Position numbers and translations under genes: made by a program. A stretch of DNA of 64,000 nucleotides, taken from positions 682,001 through 746,000 of the forward strand of contig NC_043005.1 in assembly GCF_006345805.1 (NCBI RefSeq), read 5' to 3'. This DNA comes from Octopus sinensis. Lineage: Eukaryota. The notes under the pieces are model-generated. The model was not told the DNA's origin. It was given only the letters and a program-made list of their open reading frames with translations, and searched no databases. Shown piece after piece: positions 58,350-64,000 of the stretch. Each line of letters begins with the position of its first letter. The stretch's first letter is position 1.

Positions 58350-60300
58350 AGAAAATAGTAAAGTGTGAAAAAACGACAGAAGGCTTAAATGTTAAAAAAT
58401 ATATATATTTGTGTCAAAATGTCTGGAGAATATTGGAAAAATTTTTTTCCTTTCCTTAAAATGACATAATTTTAAAATTTTTAAAGAAATTACCGGTTTC
58501 GCGTGTAGCTTTTCAAATTTCTTGTGACGTTATGTTTATATTGCATGGAGCTATCGTTGTGTTTATTGACAGGAGATTTCTAAATAAGGGGAAGTAGTGA
58601 GTGATTTCTTCCGGTGTAAGGGAGATAATCGCTTAAAAATTTTTTTTCCCTTTTTCCTTGTTAATTTCTCTGTGTCAATATGTTCGGATGGTTGAATCTG
58701 GGTTTGTACTTTTCAATGAAGAATGTTTCCTTGTTCAGTCTCATTTGTGTTGATGATCCGAAAGCACATTGGTAAATGGGAAGATTAAAAATTGTGGCAG
58801 TATTTGCTTTGCGCATTTCTCAATGTGCTCACTAAAAGGTATCATTCTATATTCTGGGAATGCAATCTGTTGTCGATGCAGTGTGCATCTACGCCTGAGT
58901 GATAGTCCCGTTGAACCCACGTAGTCTTGGTGGCAGCCCGAGCATTTAATAACATAAATTATGTTTTCAGAGGCACAAGTAAGTTAGATTTGATCTTGAA
59001 TTTCTGTCCCTCTTTAAAGAAGAATTCTGATCCTTCCAATAGGTTAGGACATATTGCACAGTTCGATCTACCACATTTTTTTACTTTTGCATCCGTAATT
59101 TTAGAAGACAATTTTGCCTTTGTGAGAATCTTTTTAAGTGATTTAGGTTGTTTGTAGCTTTTAATGATTTGGTGTATGTTTAGAATTTCCTTTAATTTTG
59201 GGTTTTTATGAAGTATTGGTAAATTCTGGGTGATGATGGTGAAGGCTTCTTTGTTTCTGGGGTTGTATGTAGATATGTAAGGTAGTATTTTCGGGGACAA
59301 CACACCTTCCCCGAAAATACTACCTTACATATCTACATACAACCCCAGAAACAAAGAAGCCTTCACCATCATCACCCAGAATTTACCAATACTTCATAAA
59401 AACCCAAAATTAAAGGAAATTCTAAACATACACCAAATCATTAAAAGCTACAAACAACCTAAATCACTTAAAAAGATTCTCATAAGGCAAAATTGTCTTC
59501 TAAAATTACGGATGCAAAAGTAAAAAAATGTGGTAGATCGAACTGTGCAATATGTCCTAACCTATTGGAAGGATCAGAATTCTTCTTTAAAGAGGGACAG
59601 AAATTCAAGATCAAATCTAACTTTACTTGTGCCTCTGAAACATAATTTATGTTATTAAATGCTCGGGCTGCCACCAAGACTACGTGGGTTCACGGGACTA
59701 TCACTCAGGCGTAGATGCACACTGCATCGACAACAGATTGCATTCCCAGAATATAGAATGATACCTTTTAGTGAGCACATTGAGAAATGCGCAAAGCAAA
59801 TACTGCCACAATTTTTAATCTTCCCATTTTACCAATGTGCTTTCGGATCATCAACACAAATGAGACTGAACAAGGAAACATTCTTCATTGAAAAGTACAA
59901 ACCCAGACTCAACCATCCGAACATACTGACACAGAGAAATTAACAAGGAAAAAGGGAAAAAAATTTTTAAGCGATTATCTCCCTTACACCGGAAGAAATC
60001 ACTCACTACCTCCCCTTATTTAGAAATCTCCTGTCAATAAACACAACGATAGCTCCATGCAATATAAACATAACGTCACAAGAAATTTGAAAAGCTACAC
60101 GCGAAACCGGTAATTTCTTTAAAAATTTTAAAATTATGTCATTTTAAGGAAAGGAAAAAAAATTTTCCAATATTCTCCAGACATTTTGACACAAATATAT
60201 ATATTTTTTAACATTTAAGCCTTCTGTCGTTTTTTCACACTTTACTATTTTCTTATATATTCACCCACGTGCTTTACCAAACAAACTTTCTTATCTATAT
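58345..60300. mobile_element. Head-to-head palindrome of a 5'-truncated PLE (PLE-6); arms ~950 bp, 10-bp spacer 59298-59307
   Basis: Both arms encode CGRSNCAICP...IIYVIKCSGCHQDYVGSTG (GIY-YIG), followed by a 3' UTR with a hammerhead. Confidence 0.9.
60080..60119 (+). ncRNA. Minimal hammerhead ribozyme, U3-A8 variant (mirror at 58484-58523, minus strand)
   Basis: Stem I AAGAAAT/ATTTCTT (7 bp); core TTGAAAA; stem II GC-TACAC-GC; GAA; stem III ACCGGT; A17 at 60112. Confidence 0.7.
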
Positions 60301-60557
60301 TTTTATATATATATATATAAATATTTATATATATATGTCAGGTCGCTCTAGAGTGCTACTGGTAACATGTAATCCAGTACAACCTGTTGCATGGTCGGGA
60401 CGTCGGCGACTAAACTGACAACCCCACCAGGTTCGCTTGGTGAGGAGGGTGCTGTTGGACTCCCTGTGGGATGGAAAAATAAGACCCAACAAAGGGCGGA
60501 TGAAGTCCTGAAAAGTCAACGGCCATCCAACAAAATACCGGCCTGCCCGCCCAGCCA

Positions 60558-61918
60558 GTGGGATGGCGTCATATTATGGCTAAAACAGTACGAAGAACGA
60601 AGAGAAAAGGAAAAGGGCCTCAGTACCCTGCACATCAATCGGGCCACTCCATGACGGCGGAGTGCAACTCGAGCGACGAGAGGCTGCTAAGAATCACAGG
60701 TTCCCGAATGCCGTCATGGAACAGGACTAAACTTGCCATATGCACCTACAACTTCAGGTCCATGGCAGGGTGGCAAGAACTGAACCACCTAATGGAGGAG
60801 AGGAAGAAGATCAGGTGCGACGTGTTAGGGCTGTGCGAGACACTCTGGAAGAAGGAAGCGAGTATACGATGGCAAGATGGATGCACTGTGAGATTAGGAA
60901 GAGCGGAAGGTGTTAGATCGGTCGGAGGTATCGGATTCATCGTAAGTAAGGAATGGGCTTCGAGGGTCGCTTCATGCCACTTCATATCATCACGGATTGG
61001 TGTACTAAATGTGAACCGCTCAGGGAAGGCCACCCTCAAGATTGTCCAGACCTATGCTCCCACAAGTGCCAGCGACGACGACGAGGTGGAAGAATTCTAT
61101 CGACAACTAGACAAAGGGCAGGCTATGAAGTCCACTTACACTATCGTGATGGGAGACTTCAACGCAAAGGTTGGACATGGACGACAAGGAGAGGAGTACG
61201 TCGGGAGATTTGGCATGGGAGAGAGAAACGAGAGAGGAGAACGTTTGGCTACCATGGCAGAGGCGAGGCAGCTCTACATCGGAAACAGCCTATTCAGGAA
61301 GAGGGAGAGGAAGAGATGGACTTGGATATCGCCGAACTCTAAGCACCGAAGCGAGATCGACTACATCCTGGTTGATAAGCGACGCATATTGCATGACGTC
61401 TCCGTCGTGACGCCATTCAACACCGGCAGCGATCATCGTCTGGTAAGGGCGAGGGTCGTCATCGACGGGAAGAGGGAGAAGATGGCGTTATATTTGGCGT
61501 CGAAGGGAAAACGTGTCCGAGTCTACAACGAGGCAAAGCTGCAGGAAGCCATCATGCAGGAAGACTGGTGCCAAGGAGACGACATAGACGATGACTACAA
61601 CTCACTGATAGGGAAACTGAAGGAGTGTTTAAGGAAGGCTAAGGGTGTATGCCCAAGAGAAAAGAAGGGAAGAATCTCGGAAGAAACTACGAAGTTACTC
61701 GAGAAGAGGAAAAATATGAAGAGGAATATTGAAGATCACCTTGAATATTCCATTCTCAGCAGAGTGATTCGTCAGCAACTAAAGAAAGACTTTGAGGCAT
61801 ACCAGATGGAGAAGCTCTTGAAGGCCGCAGAGGAAAAGAAGAGCCTCAAGAAATTCAAGAGGGACATGGTACTATATAGATCGGAGGTGACGGCCCTGAA
61901 AAATACAGATGGAATACT
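60558..61918 (+). CDS. RTE ORF, endonuclease half (interrupted by the LTR)
   Basis: The listed 458-aa ORF reads through a few codons into the insertion. Confidence 0.85.
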
Positions 61919-62513
61919 TGTAGTGATATTATAACGGTGCGCGCGCGCGCGCCGTCCATTTGTATTTCGCGCGAGTTGGTGCCTTCACCAAGTGAGAGGA
62001 AGGGCCCTCTCGTTCATGCGCGAAGCACCGGAAGAAGAACCCTATTGCCTACGTAGCAGTTAGCAAGGCAAGGGGCCGTAGAACGTTTGACCACTAGCAG
62101 CAGCAAGCGGCGACTTGGGACCCAGCGATTGAAGGCGGCGGTCACGCATATATTCTCTCCGGTTGATAGCAGCAGTCGGCCGAAATGCCTTTAACCAAAT
62201 TGTTGCCGACCACATTTCAACTTCCCTGTTCGACGCCATCTTGAATCCGTTTCTGTTTTTGGGCTGGACATTGTAAATATTACAATCTATTAACTTATAG
62301 CGGTGCGCGCCCAGAATCAAGGACATCAGATAACACGCTTATTGTTATTGTTACCAAGAAAGAGAATAAAGTAGTTATATACATTTCACGTCTGCGTCTT
62401 GTTGTTTCTGACTTGTAGAGAATCTGGATTATTAAAGCAACGGCTAGTGAGAGTGATTGCTTTGTGCACCCCAAAAGTGCACGAGGATATTCGCTCACGT
62501 TAAGTTCGTTACA
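61919..62513. mobile_element. 595-bp solo LTR with a 4-bp target-site duplication
   Basis: Ends TGTAG...TTACA; TACT duplicated at 61915-61918 and 62514-62517; removal restores GGA ATA CTG ATC AAC in frame; AATAAA at 62365. Confidence 0.85.
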
Positions 62514-64000
62514 TACTGATCAACGAGAAGAGCGAGATGGAAAAGGTTTGTGAAGACTTCTACACCAAGCTCTTTAAGTCTACCAGAAATGTCCAGCCGT
62601 TACCACCACTCCAACAGGAAGAATACGTGCCACCTATCCTTGTCAGTGAGGTTGAAAGAGCCATTGGCTCGATGAAAAACGGAAAGGCTCCAGGGAAAGA
62701 CGGTATAACATCGGAGGTGCTAAAGTCAGGCAGAGAGCAGCTCTGGAAAATCCTCGCTGAGCGATTTGCGCACTATCTAGACGAGGGAAAAATTCCCTCG
62801 CAGTGGAAAGAGTCAAATACCATCCTGCTGTATAAGAAGGGCGACAGAGAAGATCTAAAGAACTACCGACCCATATGCCTGCTGTCTCACGTGTACAAGC
62901 TGTTCACGAAGATAATTCTGAACAGGTTGTCACGTCGTCTCGACGAACAACAACCGAGGGAACAAGCAGGCTTCCGGAAGAACTACAGCACGATGGACCA
63001 TATATTTACTCTAACGCAACTGCTTGAGCGAGCGAATGAGTACAAGCTGCCTCTTTGCGTTGCGTTTATAGATTATGAGAAGGCCTTCGATAGCGTCGAA
63101 ACCAATGCAGTGCTGAACTCGCTGCAGAGGCAAGGAATCGAAGCGCAATATGTGCAGCTGCTCAGAGAGGCAAATTCCGAACGCACCACCGACATAGCTC
63201 TACTCCATCACCCATACGAGTGCCGGTCGAGAAGGGAGTGAAGCAAGGAGATACAATCTCCCCAAAACTTTTCACTGCATTCTCGAACAGATCATCAGAG
63301 CATCGAATGGCAAGGTGGTGTCAACATCAATGGCGAGCTCCTCACTCACCTCCGTTTCGCTGACGACATCGTACTCATCGCTGAAACATGGATCAGCTTC
63401 AGACCATGCTGACGGAGCTCGACATCAAAAGCTCTGCAGTAGGTTTCAAGATGAACCGCATGAAAACAAAGTTCATGCGGTCAGACAATGTACCAACAGG
63501 TCGAATGGTGATCGGCAGTGACGAAATAGAGGAGGTGAGGGAATATGTCTACCTGGGACAGGAAGTAAATATGTGCCGAGATATCAAAAAGGAGATCTCA
63601 CGGAGAGTAAGGGCCGGATGGAAGGCGTTCAATGGCATAAGGGATGTGCTCAAGGGAAGGTTGGACAGGACCACCCGCGCCAACCTCATTAACAGTGCAG
63701 TTGTGCCTGCAATGTTATATGGTAGTGAAACATGGGCTACCACAAAGAGAGAAGAGCAAAGACTGGTAACGGCTCAAAGAGCCATGGACAGGTCAATGCT
63801 TGGTATCTCGTTGAGAGAGCACATAAGTAGCAAGATCATCAGAAAGAAGTCCGGCGTGAGAGATGTCATCGCAGAGTATACACGCAGCAAGTATAGATGG
63901 GCTGGACACGTCGCCCGGCTCACCGATAATCGGTGGACACACGCAGTTGTCGAGTGGTACCCGCGTGAGCGGAAAAGACCACCCGGAAGACCTTCACGAC
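62514..64000 (+). pseudogene. RTE reverse transcriptase, frameshifted after ~63200
   Basis: ORF 62537-63241; the later RT motifs lie in other frames. Confidence 0.85.

Larger units (their letters stand above)
60337..64000 (+). mobile_element. RTE-clade LINE, 5' complete, running off the window
   Basis: 5' UTR then a single ORF: APE (ICTYN, DVLGLCET, MGDFNAKVG, EIDYIL, SDHRLV) and RT (KAPGKDG, NYRPICLL, QAGFR, DYEKAFD, GVKQGD, RFADD). Confidence 0.9.

Overview
AT-rich eukaryotic, repeat-dense DNA with no recognisable host gene. The SINE types and the very long (TA)n, (CA)n, (TACA)n and (TAGA)n tracts suggest an octopus or other cephalopod (inference). Nearly all of it is nested retroelement debris: a Tx1/L1-like ORF1, several CR1-group LINE families (one full length), at least five Penelope-like element (PLE) derivatives, tRNA-derived SINEs, a mariner remnant, and an RTE LINE interrupted by a solo LTR. 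Three higher-order structures stand out. (1) A ~9.2-kb unit is present in about four partial or complete copies between 2.7 and 43.8 kb, joined at microhomology junctions. (2) Fold-back palindromes recur, including a ~10-kb palindrome with a 29-bp spacer centred at 10145 and a ~1.9-kb PLE palindrome with a 10-bp spacer centred at 59302. (3) There is a dense set of minimal type-I hammerhead ribozyme motifs from several unrelated sequence families, mostly in inverted pairs, showing all three 3-8 core pairings (C-G, U-A, G-C). All structures were read by eye, with no alignment, folding or database search. Perfect palindromes and the indel-rich 39-43.4 kb segment could be partly assembly artefacts.
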